Shown here: positions 51,614-60,349 of the stretch, in pieces
How positions within the stretch are numbered: the first letter of the stretch is position 1
Layout: the number at the start of each line of letters is the position of its first letter
Assembly: GCA_965208165.1 (NCBI GenBank)
Contig: OZ242323.1
Location: 4,851,617-4,915,616 of the forward strand
From: Vicinamibacterales bacterium
Lineage (GTDB): Bacteria > Acidobacteriota > Vicinamibacteria > Vicinamibacterales > UBA8438
Direction of reading: 5' to 3'
DNA length: 64,000 nt
Position numbers and translations under genes: made by a program
Notes under the pieces: generated by a model
Database searches by the model: none
What the model was told of the DNA's origin: nothing
What the model saw: the letters and a program-made list of their open reading frames with translations, nothing else

Positions 51614-54283
51614 ATGTGGCGACAGGTCTACGTTCGGCTGCGCTCGCTCTATGGCTGGCAGCGTCGGGAGTCGGAGCTCGACGAGGAGATCCGCTTCCAT
51701 CTCGCGGAAGAGATGGACGAGCGCATCGCGACGGGGGTGTCCCCCGATGAGGCGCGCGCGGCGGCGCGGCGCGACTTCGGCAACGTGCCTCTCATCCGCG
51801 AGCTGACGCGCGAGACCTGGGGCTGGGGAGCCGCCGAGCGCCTGCTCCAGGACGTCCGGGCCGCGATCCGGGGAATGCGGCGCAACCCCGGCTACACCTG
51901 CGCCGTCGTCGTCACCCTCGCCCTCGGCATCGGCCTCAACGCGGCGATGTACGGAATGCTCTCCCGGCTGTTCCTCCAGCCGCCGCCGCACGTCGAGAAT
52001 CCGGACGACATTCACCGCGTGTGGGTGCGCCAACGGTTCGACTGGGGGGCTTTCGCCGGCACCGTCGTTGCGAACGACTCGATGAACCGGGCCGAGTTCA
52101 GCGCGCTTCGCGACGGCCGGGACCGGTTCGGGGCCATGGGCGGCTATACGGCTCCGCGGGCCATGCAGAACGGGCGAGGTCAGGCGGCCGAGAGCCTCCT
52201 CGTCTCCCGGGTCTCGGGGGACCTCTTCGCACTGCTCGGCGCGCGGCCCGCCCTCGGGCGGCCCATCCTGCCGGAGGACGACCACCTCACGGCGGCGCCG
52301 GTCGCGGTGGTCGGCAACGGCTACTGGGAACGCAGCTTCGGCGGCGCCCGCGACGCGCTCGGCGCCACCGTCACCTTCGACGATGTCGCCTACGAAATAG
52401 TCGGCGTGATGCCGCCCGCCTTCTCGGGTCCCGACCCGAACGCGGCCGACGTCTGGTTGCCGCTGAGAGAGTCCAACTCCTTCATCACGGCCCTCGTGCG
52501 CCTCGCGCCGGGGGTGACGGTCGAGGCCGCGGGCGCCGCCGCCACCGCCGCGGTACGCGCGGCGCGGGCCGACTCGCCGTTTCCGGCCGACATCGAGGAC
52601 AAGAAGGCGACCGCATTGCTGGGTCCCCTCCTGAGAACCCGCGGACCGGGAACCCTCTGGCGTGACCTCCGGTTGCCCCTGGTGGTGGGGGGCGTCGCCC
52701 TCGCGGTGCTTCTCATCGCGACCGCCAACGTGTCGAACCTGCTGATGCTGCGCGTCGCCGCGCGCCGGCGCGAGCTCGCCGTCCGCCACGCGCTCGGCGC
52801 GGGGCGATGGGGCGTGGGACGCCTGCTGGTGACCGAGAGCGTCCTGCTCGCCGCGCTCTCCGGCCTGGCGGCGCTCGGCGTGGCCGCAGTGGCCGGCCGG
52901 GTGCTGCGCGTCACGCTGCTCCCGCGTTACCAGTGGGCGGGCGACACGGTGGACGTCACCGCCATCGCCTTCACCGGCGGGGCGGTGCTGGCGGTCGGCC
53001 TCGTGGCCGCGCTGTTCCCGGCCCTGTACGCGGCGCGGGGCCGGGGAATCGAGAGGCTCGACGGCCTGCGGGGCGCCCGCTCGCTCGGCGCGCCGGTCCG
53101 GACCGGCCTCATCGTCGTCCAGGCCGCGCTGTCGCTGGTGCTGCTCGACGGCGCAGTCCTCTTCTACCGCTCGTTCGAGGCCGCGCGCCAGCTCGACATC
53201 GGCTACGCGAGGCAGAACCTGCTGACGGTGCGGCTGGGCGGCTCGCCGGCGACGACGCCGCTCAACGAGAACACCGTCGACGCGATGGAGGCCCGCGTGC
53301 GGTCCCTGCCGGGCGTCCTGGAGGTGGCGCAGGGAACCAACTCGCCGTTGGGAACCATCGGGGCGATGGGCGGGGTGCGCGCTGAAGGGCTCGACCGCCT
53401 CCCCCTCATGAGCGGCCCCTTCGTGAACCTCGTGACCCCGAACTTCTTCCGGGTGGCGGGCCAGCGCATCCGTGACGGCCGGGGCTTCACAGAGAGCGAC
53501 CGCGCGGGCACGGAGAGGGTCGTGGTCGTCAACACCACGTTCGCCCGGAACGTCTGGCCCGACCGGAACGCCGTCGGCCGCTGCCTGTTCGTCGGGCGCG
53601 AGGCCACCGACTGCACGACCGTGGTCGGCGTTGCGGAGTCTCCGCTAGAAATGGGTCTGGAGGACACCGCCCGCGTGCCGCACTTCTACCTGCCGCTCGC
53701 ACAGGCCGCGGCCCAACCCGCGACGGGAGAGCGCCTGAACGCGGGGCGCAGCCTGATCGTCCGCACCCGCGGGAGTCCCGCACCCACGGTGCCCCCGGTG
53801 CTCGCCGCCCTGGCCGAGCTGTTCCCGGATCTGCCGGCCGACCGCGTGCGAAACCTCACCGCCGTCTACACAGACCGCATCCGCCCGTGGACGATCGGGA
53901 CCGGGCTGCTCGGCTCTGCCGCCCTGCTCGCCCTGCTGCTCGCCGCCCTCGGCCTCTACGCGGTCGTCGCCTTCGGCGTGCGCCAGCGCGAGCTCGAGTT
54001 CGGCATCCGGCGCGCCCTCGGCGCCCAGGCGCAGGACCTCCTTCGCCTCGTCCTCGCGCGCGGCCTCTCGCTGGCCGTGGTCGGCGTCGTCGCCGGGGGG
54101 CTGGCCGCGCTCTGGGCCGGCCGCTTCGTCGCGCCGCTGCTCTTCGAGGGCCGGAGCCCCCGCGACCCGCTGGCCCTCACCGCCGCCGCCCTCGTGCTGG
54201 TGACGGCGGCCCTCGTCGCGTCGTTCATCCCGGCGCGCCGGGCCGCGCGGGCCGATCCCCGCCAGGCCCTGCAGGCGGAATAG
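51614..54283 (+). CDS. ADOP-type duplicated FtsX/MacB-like permease
   Basis: ATG at 51614 after GGGGAGGAGG. ELDEEIRFHLAEEMDERIATGVSPDEARAAARRDFGNVPLIRE...RNPGYT is the characteristic N-terminus. Two FtsX-like 4-TM modules. C-terminus ARRAARADPRQALQAE. Located downstream of padR, as is usual for this family. Confidence 0.9.
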   Translation: MWRQVYVRLRSLYGWQRRESELDEEIRFHLAEEMDERIATGVSPDEARAAARRDFGNVPLIRELTRETWGWGAAERLLQDVRAAIRGMRRNPGYTCAVVVTLALGIGLNAAMYGMLSRLFLQPPPHVENPDDIHRVWVRQRFDWGAFAGTVVANDSMNRAEFSALRDGRDRFGAMGGYTAPRAMQNGRGQAAESLLVSRVSGDLFALLGARPALGRPILPEDDHLTAAPVAVVGNGYWERSFGGARDALGATVTFDDVAYEIVGVMPPAFSGPDPNAADVWLPLRESNSFITALVRLAPGVTVEAAGAAATAAVRAARADSPFPADIEDKKATALLGPLLRTRGPGTLWRDLRLPLVVGGVALAVLLIATANVSNLLMLRVAARRRELAVRHALGAGRWGVGRLLVTESVLLAALSGLAALGVAAVAGRVLRVTLLPRYQWAGDTVDVTAIAFTGGAVLAVGLVAALFPALYAARGRGIERLDGLRGARSLGAPVRTGLIVVQAALSLVLLDGAVLFYRSFEAARQLDIGYARQNLLTVRLGGSPATTPLNENTVDAMEARVRSLPGVLEVAQGTNSPLGTIGAMGGVRAEGLDRLPLMSGPFVNLVTPNFFRVAGQRIRDGRGFTESDRAGTERVVVVNTTFARNVWPDRNAVGRCLFVGREATDCTTVVGVAESPLEMGLEDTARVPHFYLPLAQAAAQPATGERLNAGRSLIVRTRGSPAPTVPPVLAALAELFPDLPADRVRNLTAVYTDRIRPWTIGTGLLGSAALLALLLAALGLYAVVAFGVRQRELEFGIRRALGAQAQDLLRLVLARGLSLAVVGVVAGGLAALWAGRFVAPLLFEGRSPRDPLALTAAALVLVTAALVASFIPARRAARADPRQALQAE

Positions 54284-54296
54284 CCACCCGTGACGG

Positions 54297-55058
54297 TCAG
54301 CGCGGCCGGCGCCCCACGAACATCTCGTGCCGGCCCGGCTCCACGCCGGAGACCACGAGCGGCTCGCATCGGGGCTCGAACCCGACTTCGGTCAGGAGGT
54401 CCAGCCAGCGGTCGCGCGCGAACAGGCCCTCGACGTGCCGCTCGTGCACGCAGCGGACCGACCCGTCGCGCTCGCGCAGCAGGAACGCGAAGTCGGCGAG
54501 GTACTCCGTATCGCCCGGATCGGGATCCCAGACCCACTCCAGGTAGCGCAGCCCGCGCGCGCACCCCCCGCCGGCTCCGGAAGGCGGCCGCTCGTCGCAA
54601 CCGCCAGCGGACGCCCCGGCCCGGAAGTTCTCGCGCACGTAGTCCGGCTGGAACAGCACGGCGCCGCCGGGACGGCAGTGCGCCCACGCCGTCTCCATGG
54701 CGCGCCGCAGGTCGGCCTCGGTCGTCATGTAGCAGACGGCGTCGTGGACGAAGACGGCGTCGAAGCTCCGGCCCAGGCGGAGCGTGCGCATGTCGCCGAC
54801 CCGGTGCTCGCACTCGGGGTTGAGGGCGCGGCTGACCGCGAGCATCTCGGGCGACAGGTCGGTGAGCAGCAGGCGGGGGAAGCGCCGCTTCAGGTGCAAG
54901 GCGGTGTTCCCGCCGCCGCAGCCCAGCTCAAGCAGGGACTCGATCGGGCCGTCGCACGCCTCCTGCAACCGGTCGGCGTAGACGACGGCCTCCTCGGCGT
55001 AGTCCGCCTGGTCGTCGACGAGCGGCCACCACTCTGCGAGTTCGCTGTAGAGACGCAT
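54297..55058 (-). CDS. Class I SAM-dependent methyltransferase
   Basis: 253 aa. Motif I LLELGCGGGNTALHL, acidic post-I LLLTDLSPEM, FDAVFVHDAVCYM. Confidence 0.85.
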   Translation of the reverse strand: MRLYSELAEWWPLVDDQADYAEEAVVYADRLQEACDGPIESLLELGCGGGNTALHLKRRFPRLLLTDLSPEMLAVSRALNPECEHRVGDMRTLRLGRSFDAVFVHDAVCYMTTEADLRRAMETAWAHCRPGGAVLFQPDYVRENFRAGASAGGCDERPPSGAGGGCARGLRYLEWVWDPDPGDTEYLADFAFLLRERDGSVRCVHERHVEGLFARDRWLDLLTEVGFEPRCEPLVVSGVEPGRHEMFVGRRPR

Positions 55059-55080
55059 CGATCTGCCCGTTGACGACGGC

Positions 55081-55197
55081 CGCGCGGACTCGCCGATCCC
55101 GAGTCGTGTCGGGTGGATTCACACCGGCGCCAGCCCGCCCATCGTTGCCTTCGGCTCCGCTGGGCGCCCAACCAACCCTCCAGGAGTCCGCGCCCTT
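55081..55197. repeat. REP/MITE-like repeat copy K (reverse orientation)
   Basis: CCAGCCCGCCCATCGTTGCCTTCGGCTCCGCTGGGCGCCCAACCAACCCTCCAGGAGTCCGCGCC is the reverse complement of the family consensus. Confidence 0.85.
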
Positions 55198-55274
55198 CTA
55201 CTCCTGGCTCGAGCCCTCCACCGGCACACCGGGCGCGCAGTCGTCGGCCAAGCCGCGAACCGCGCCAGCGGCGG

Positions 55275-56870
55275 TCAATCGACGCCGAAGGCGAGCAGCA
55301 CGTTGCCGGGCCGGCCGCCGAACGCGGCGTAGCCCGAGTTGACGTAGACCATGCCGCCCACGACCACCGGCCCGGGGCCGTTGATCGACCCGCCCCGGGC
55401 CTCGACGCCGTTGACCGTCTCGTGCTCGCCGTTGGTGTCGAACTCCCAGAGGACCGAGCCGTCGCCGGCGTCGTAGGCGCGGAACAGGCCGTCGTAGGCG
55501 CCCGAGAAGACGGCGCCGGGAATCGCGGTGATCGCCGCCAGCAGGGCCGGGCTGCACCCCTCGCAGACCGGTTCGTGGGGCTCGGCGAACCAGACCAGCT
55601 CGCCGGTCGTCAGGCGCACCGCGGCGAGGCCCCCCGGCTCGGGCGTCAGGTAGTCCGAGTTGGCGAAGTACGCCTTCTCGGGGTCGACCGCGAAGCCCCA
55701 CTCGATGCCGCCGAGGGCGCTGCCCGCCCCGACCTGGTAGCGCCAGACGACGGCGCCGCCGCGGTCCGGGTCGAGGGCGTAGCCCGTCCCGGCCTTCTGG
55801 CCGATGACGAGGAGGTCGCGGCCGTCGGCCGTGGTCACCAGCACCGGCGACGCGCCGAAGTCGAAGTCGGGGCCGTCCTCCTCCGGGCAGTTCGGGTTGT
55901 CGCCGCCGCAGTTGAGGATGAACGCGTCGTCCGGCGTGAGCTGGTTCGTCCAGCGGACCGCGCCGGTGTCGAGGTCGAACGCGATGATGGCGTCGCTCGT
56001 GGCGGCGGCGGGCTCGGTATAGGCGTTGCCGGTCGCGGCGTAGACGACCCCGCGCTCGGCGTCGACGGTCGGCGCCGACCACACCGCCGCGCCGGACGGC
56101 CCCATGAGGTCGGCGCCGGCGGGGTTGCGCCCGCGCGGCGCCGGCGCCTCCTCGATGGTGTAGCTCTGCCAGACCAGCTCGCCGGTCGCCGCGTCGAGGG
56201 CGGCGATGCTGCCGCGGAACGTGCAGCAGGGATACCGCGGGTTGGCGGCGAGCAGCTCCTCCAGGGACGACACCGGCGCGTAGAGCCGGCCGCCGTGCTC
56301 CACCGGCGCCCCGGTGATGCGGGCCCCCGGGTGGGTCTCGACGTCCCGGCGCCAGATCTCGGCTCCCGTCGCCGCATCGAGCGCGTAGACGTTGGCCGCG
56401 AAGTCGCCGAAGAAGAGGGCGTGCCGGCCGTCGGCGAGGCGGGTGACGGTCATGGCGCTGCGGACGCCGCTCGCGGCCTCGAACGTCCAGTGGGTGCAGC
56501 CCGTCGCGGCGTCGAGGGCGTAGACGACGCCGCGCTCGCTGGCCACGAACAGGCGCCCGCCCACCACCGTCGGCTGCGACTGCGCGGTGGCCGAGCGCGG
56601 GTAGCCGAACGTCCACTTGAGCCGCAGGCGCGGCACGTCCTCCGCCGCCAGCCCGGCCTGGTTCGCCGGCTGGAAGCGGGCGTTCGTCACCCCCGCCCCC
56701 CAGCCGTTCCACCGGGGGCCGCCGTCCAGCCCCGGCCACTCCGCCGGCGAAGAGGCCGAGCAGGCGCCGTCCGGCGTCGCATCGGCCGGCTGGCCGGCGG
56801 CCGGTGCGGCGCCAGCCATGAAGCTCCATGCCACCGCAAGCACCGGGGCAACCGCGAGAGGTCTGCGCAT
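55275..56870 (-). CDS. PQQ-like beta-propeller repeat protein (quinoprotein dehydrogenase-like), secreted
   Basis: Signal peptide (LAVAPVLAVAWSFMAGAAPAAG). Repeated propeller motifs (GRLFVASERGVVYALDAATGCTHW, NVYALDAATGAEIW, SIAALDAATGELVW, AIIAFDLDTGAVRW, LFRAYDAGDGSVLW). Confidence 0.8.
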   Translation of the reverse strand: MRRPLAVAPVLAVAWSFMAGAAPAAGQPADATPDGACSASSPAEWPGLDGGPRWNGWGAGVTNARFQPANQAGLAAEDVPRLRLKWTFGYPRSATAQSQPTVVGGRLFVASERGVVYALDAATGCTHWTFEAASGVRSAMTVTRLADGRHALFFGDFAANVYALDAATGAEIWRRDVETHPGARITGAPVEHGGRLYAPVSSLEELLAANPRYPCCTFRGSIAALDAATGELVWQSYTIEEAPAPRGRNPAGADLMGPSGAAVWSAPTVDAERGVVYAATGNAYTEPAAATSDAIIAFDLDTGAVRWTNQLTPDDAFILNCGGDNPNCPEEDGPDFDFGASPVLVTTADGRDLLVIGQKAGTGYALDPDRGGAVVWRYQVGAGSALGGIEWGFAVDPEKAYFANSDYLTPEPGGLAAVRLTTGELVWFAEPHEPVCEGCSPALLAAITAIPGAVFSGAYDGLFRAYDAGDGSVLWEFDTNGEHETVNGVEARGGSINGPGPVVVGGMVYVNSGYAAFGGRPGNVLLAFGVD

Positions 56871-57077
56871 CTGGATATCCTGGGTTCATTGGACGCGAGG
56901 AAGTCGAGTCCGGGGAATTATTGCTCGATATGCTCCAGCGCCGCGCTCCGGCCGCCGGACGTTCGCGGCTCGCGGCGCAACGCGGGGTGCTCATCGCGCG
57001 GGCTGCTAGAATGGCGGCGCGGAGACCGGCGTTCCGCGGCCGCCTGATTCCGGCGCCCAACGAGAGAGACGCGACCC

Positions 57078-58109
57078 ATGCGCGACTTCCTGGCCCAGAC
57101 CCTCGCGGAGAGCCCGACCCGCGAGTGGATGGTGTACCTGCTCGGCAACGTCCCCGGCCTGCCCCCGATCGCCCAGTCGTTCCACATCATGGGCATCGCG
57201 ACGGTGGTCGCCTCGATCGTGATGGTCGATCTGCGCTTCCTGGGCCTCGCGCTGCGCGGCCACGACGTCAGCGAGATGATCCGGCGGCTGTTGCCGTGGA
57301 CGTGGTGCGCCCTCGGCGTCAACTTCGTCACCGGCATGCTCTTCGTCCTCGCGCGGCCCGCCCGCTACGTCTACAACCCCATCGCCGTCTCCAAGTTCTC
57401 GTTGCTGCTCGTGGCCGTCGGGCTCGCCTTTTTCATCTACTGGAAGAACCGCAAGGAGCACGGCTACTGGGAGGAGTCGGAGGACCGCCTGCTCGTGGCC
57501 CGGCTCATCGCCGGCGTGTCGCTCCTGGCCTGGATCGGCATCATGCTCGCGGGGCGCTGGATCGCGTACTCGGAGTACATCACCGACCCCTTCCCGGTGC
57601 CCTTCCCCTGGGAGAGCCTGCAGGCGTACCCGTCCATCTGGCAGTGGCTGCAGGACCACCCCCTCTCGCAGCACATCGGCTTCACCTGGTGGTTCCCGGC
57701 GCTGGAGTCGATCCACGTGGTCGGCATCGGCCTCGTCGTCGGCACCATCCTGACCGTCGACCTGCGGCTGCTCGGCGTCGCGGCGACGCGGTACCCGGTC
57801 AGCCAGATCACCGGCAAGCTGCTCCCCTGGACCTGGGCGGCCTTCGTGGTGGCCGCCATCACCGGCTTCGGCATGTTCATGACCCGCGCGCCCGGGTACC
57901 TGGACAACGCCGCCTTTCAGATCAAGCTGCTGCTGCTGCCGCTCGCGTTCATCAACATGGCCGTCTTCCATTTCCGGACGTTCCGCGGCGTCGGCGCGTG
58001 GGACACGGCCGAGGAGCTGCCCCCGGCCGCACGCTTCGCCGGGGGCGCGTCGCTGCTGATCTGGGCCGGCATCGTGCTCGCCGGCCGCTGGACCGGCCAC
58101 CTCATCTGA
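57078..58109 (+). CDS. Integral membrane protein with internal two-fold duplication
   Basis: 343 aa, about 8 TM. The two halves are visibly homologous (SFHIMGIATVVASIVMVDLRFLGL...LLPWTWCALGVNFVTGMLFV versus SIHVVGIGLVVGTILTVDLRLLGV...LLPWTWAAFVVAAITGFGMF). The family name is not certain. Confidence 0.6.
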   Translation: MRDFLAQTLAESPTREWMVYLLGNVPGLPPIAQSFHIMGIATVVASIVMVDLRFLGLALRGHDVSEMIRRLLPWTWCALGVNFVTGMLFVLARPARYVYNPIAVSKFSLLLVAVGLAFFIYWKNRKEHGYWEESEDRLLVARLIAGVSLLAWIGIMLAGRWIAYSEYITDPFPVPFPWESLQAYPSIWQWLQDHPLSQHIGFTWWFPALESIHVVGIGLVVGTILTVDLRLLGVAATRYPVSQITGKLLPWTWAAFVVAAITGFGMFMTRAPGYLDNAAFQIKLLLLPLAFINMAVFHFRTFRGVGAWDTAEELPPAARFAGGASLLIWAGIVLAGRWTGHLI

Positions 58110-58325
58110 ACACCACGGCCCGGGGCCGGTAGGGTCCGGGTCCCCGCGTGATGGACGGCCCGGCAGGTTGGCAGCGGGGCGTACGGGGACGCACGACGCC
58201 GGCATCGGGCGCGCGGCCGCCGCATTCCGAGGTTCGAGGCGAAACCGACAGACTGCGGCCGGCCCGGCCGGGCTGGCCGCCAGCCTCACGGGGCATGACC
58301 GATTCGGGCCGAAGCCCCGCCAGTT

Positions 58326-58393
58326 CCCAAATGTTCGGTAACTTTAATTCTGGACCGACTCGACAAACCCAAATGTGTTCGGTAACTTTATTT
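58326..58393. promoter_or_regulatory. Two AT-rich direct repeats upstream of fic
   Basis: CCCAAATGTTCGGTAACTTTA at 58326-58346 and CCCAAATGTGTTCGGTAACTTTA at 58368-58390. The second ends 7 nt before the ATG at 58398. No Shine-Dalgarno. Confidence 0.5.
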
Positions 58394-58397
58394 CGTC

Positions 58398-59429
58398 ATG
58401 AACGAACACATTGTGCCGGGTCGCGGCCGGCCTCGACGCGCCGACGTCTACCGTCGCCTCGACGTTCAGATCGAGGAGCTCAGGGAGCGCATGGGCGGCC
58501 TGCCGACTCCGGTCGAGGCCGCCGACATCTGGCGCGACATCTGGTACGAGGAGGCCCACCACTCCACCGCCATCGAGGGCAACACCCTGGTCCTGAAGCA
58601 AGTGGAGCGGCTCCTCGCCGAAGGCAGGGCCGTCGGCAACAAGGAGCTCCGCGAGTACATGGAGGTGCGCGGCTACGCCGATGCCGCGGATTGGGTCTAC
58701 CGTCAGGCAACCAGCCCGAATGGACTCGCACATCCCGAACGGATCCTGAGCCTGGAGGAAGTGCGGCACGTCCACCACGTCGCGCTGACTCCCGTCTGGC
58801 AGGTGGCGCCGCATCCGAGCGCGACTCCGCGCGAAGCCCCCGGCCGCTTCCGGGAACATGAGATCCACGCCTTTCCCGGCGGCATGACGCCGATCACATG
58901 GCCGCTCGTCCCCGCGGAAACGACGACCTGGATCGAACAGGTGAACGCCCTCGACGCGACGGACGCGATGTTCCCCGAGGCGCTCGCGGCGGCTCACTGC
59001 CGATTCGAGCAGATCCACCCCTTCCTCGACGGCAACGGCCGGGCCGGACGGCTGATTCTCAATCTCGTCCTCATCCGGCTCGGTTACCCCCCGGTGATCA
59101 TCTACAAGCGCGATCGCGCCAGGTACCTGCAGGCGCTGCGCCGCGCGGACGCCGGCGAGTCGAGCCCCCTGGGCGAGATGCTCGCCCGCGCCATCCTGAA
59201 CAGCCTCCACCGGTTCGTCATCCCTGCCGTGGCCGGGCCGGCGAGGCTCGTGCCCCTGGCCGCGCTGGAGACGCCCGACGTCAAGGCGGCGGCCCTGCGC
59301 GCGGCGGCGGAACGGGGCCGACTCCGGGCCACCAGAGGACCCGACGGCCAGTGGCGAAGCTCGCGCCGCTGGGTCGACGAGTACCTGGCGAGCCGTTACC
59401 GACGCGACTCGACCACGCACCGGGGCTAG
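58398..59429 (+). CDS. fic: Fic family protein (AMPylase-type, class II with intramolecular inhibitory helix)
   Basis: Fic motif HPFLDGNGRAGR (in EQIHPFLDGNGRAGRLILNLVLI). N-terminal [S/T]xxxE[G/N] inhibitory motif STAIEGN. Confidence 0.9.
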   Translation: MNEHIVPGRGRPRRADVYRRLDVQIEELRERMGGLPTPVEAADIWRDIWYEEAHHSTAIEGNTLVLKQVERLLAEGRAVGNKELREYMEVRGYADAADWVYRQATSPNGLAHPERILSLEEVRHVHHVALTPVWQVAPHPSATPREAPGRFREHEIHAFPGGMTPITWPLVPAETTTWIEQVNALDATDAMFPEALAAAHCRFEQIHPFLDGNGRAGRLILNLVLIRLGYPPVIIYKRDRARYLQALRRADAGESSPLGEMLARAILNSLHRFVIPAVAGPARLVPLAALETPDVKAAALRAAAERGRLRATRGPDGQWRSSRRWVDEYLASRYRRDSTTHRG

Positions 59430-59917
59430 TGTCCTGGCCGTGAAGTTCGCGAAAGCTCTGAATCGCGGTAACTGCCTGCAAAAACTAAAGTAATACCGCA
59501 CAGAATCGTTCCACGAACCACGGTGGCGAGACACTAGGAGGGCGCCGATTCCGCACACTCGCGGCGGCGTCCGGCTGGCGCCCGAGCCGAGCCCCGGCGG
59601 GGCTCACTCGCTGCGCAGCGCGGCGGGGTGTCGAGGCGCGCGGCCCGCCGGGCCGGCAGGTCGCTGGCGAGGCCGCCGGCCGCTTCCCGGGGGGCGATCT
59701 CGACCCCTCCAGGTGCGGGAGTTGCGGAGAGTCGACCCTCGGACGGACTCACCGGGACAGCCCGACAAGCCACTGAAGCGTGTCCGGCACCTTCCCCTGA
59801 TCGCGCCCGGAACAACCACGGGGTCGTGGCCCGCCCTCGACGATCGGAAGCGTACCGCAAAACGGCGCCGAGCGGAACGGACCGGTGGCAGGCGGCCGGA
59901 TGCGTCGGGCGGCCGGG

Positions 59918-59956
59918 TTGACAAACTACCCACCGCAACGTACTAATTAGATAGTA
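59918..59956 (+). promoter_or_regulatory. Promoter/operator candidate upstream of blaI
   Basis: TTGACA at 59918-59923, 17-nt spacer, TACTAA at 59941-59946. Inverted repeat TACTA-N6-TAGTA (59941-59956), nested in ACTAC...GTAGT. The ATG at 59960 follows directly, with no Shine-Dalgarno. Confidence 0.4.
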
Positions 59957-59959
59957 GTC

Positions 59960-60349
59960 ATGCCGCGACAGCGTCCTCCCCTCGCCGACCAGGAGCTCGA
60001 GATCATGCTGGTCGTCTGGGACCGCGGCGAGGTCACCGTTCGCGAGGTCTACGAGGCGTTCCGAGAGCGCCGGCCCGTCGCCTACACGACGGTGCTGACG
60101 ACGATGCGGATTCTCGAGCAGAAGGGGCACCTGGAAGTCAGCCGGGCGGCGCGGGCGCACGTCTATCGGGCGCGGTCGACCCGCGAGGGCGTGCTCCGGG
60201 CCATGGTGCGCCACTTCGTCGACCGGGTGTTCGGCGGCGCGGCCGAGCCGCTCGTGCAGCACCTCGTCCGCGACAAGCGACTCAGCGCAGACGACCTGCG
60301 CGACATCGCGAGCCGGCTGAACGGGCCGGACAAGGACGATGACGGCTGA
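59960..60349 (+). CDS. blaI: BlaI/MecI/CopY family transcriptional repressor
   Basis: 129 aa. LEIMLVVWDRGEVTVREVYEAF...AYTTVLTTMRILEQKGHL wHTH signature. Overlaps the downstream M56 gene by 11 nt. Confidence 0.9.
   Translation: MPRQRPPLADQELEIMLVVWDRGEVTVREVYEAFRERRPVAYTTVLTTMRILEQKGHLEVSRAARAHVYRARSTREGVLRAMVRHFVDRVFGGAAEPLVQHLVRDKRLSADDLRDIASRLNGPDKDDDG

Noticed and set aside
59430-59917. ORFs 59628-59921 (+) and 59604-59933 (-) in the about 490-bp gap between fic and blaI
   Set aside because: They are mutually antisense, Arg/Pro/Gly-rich and without motifs or SD. The gap was left unannotated as intergenic.
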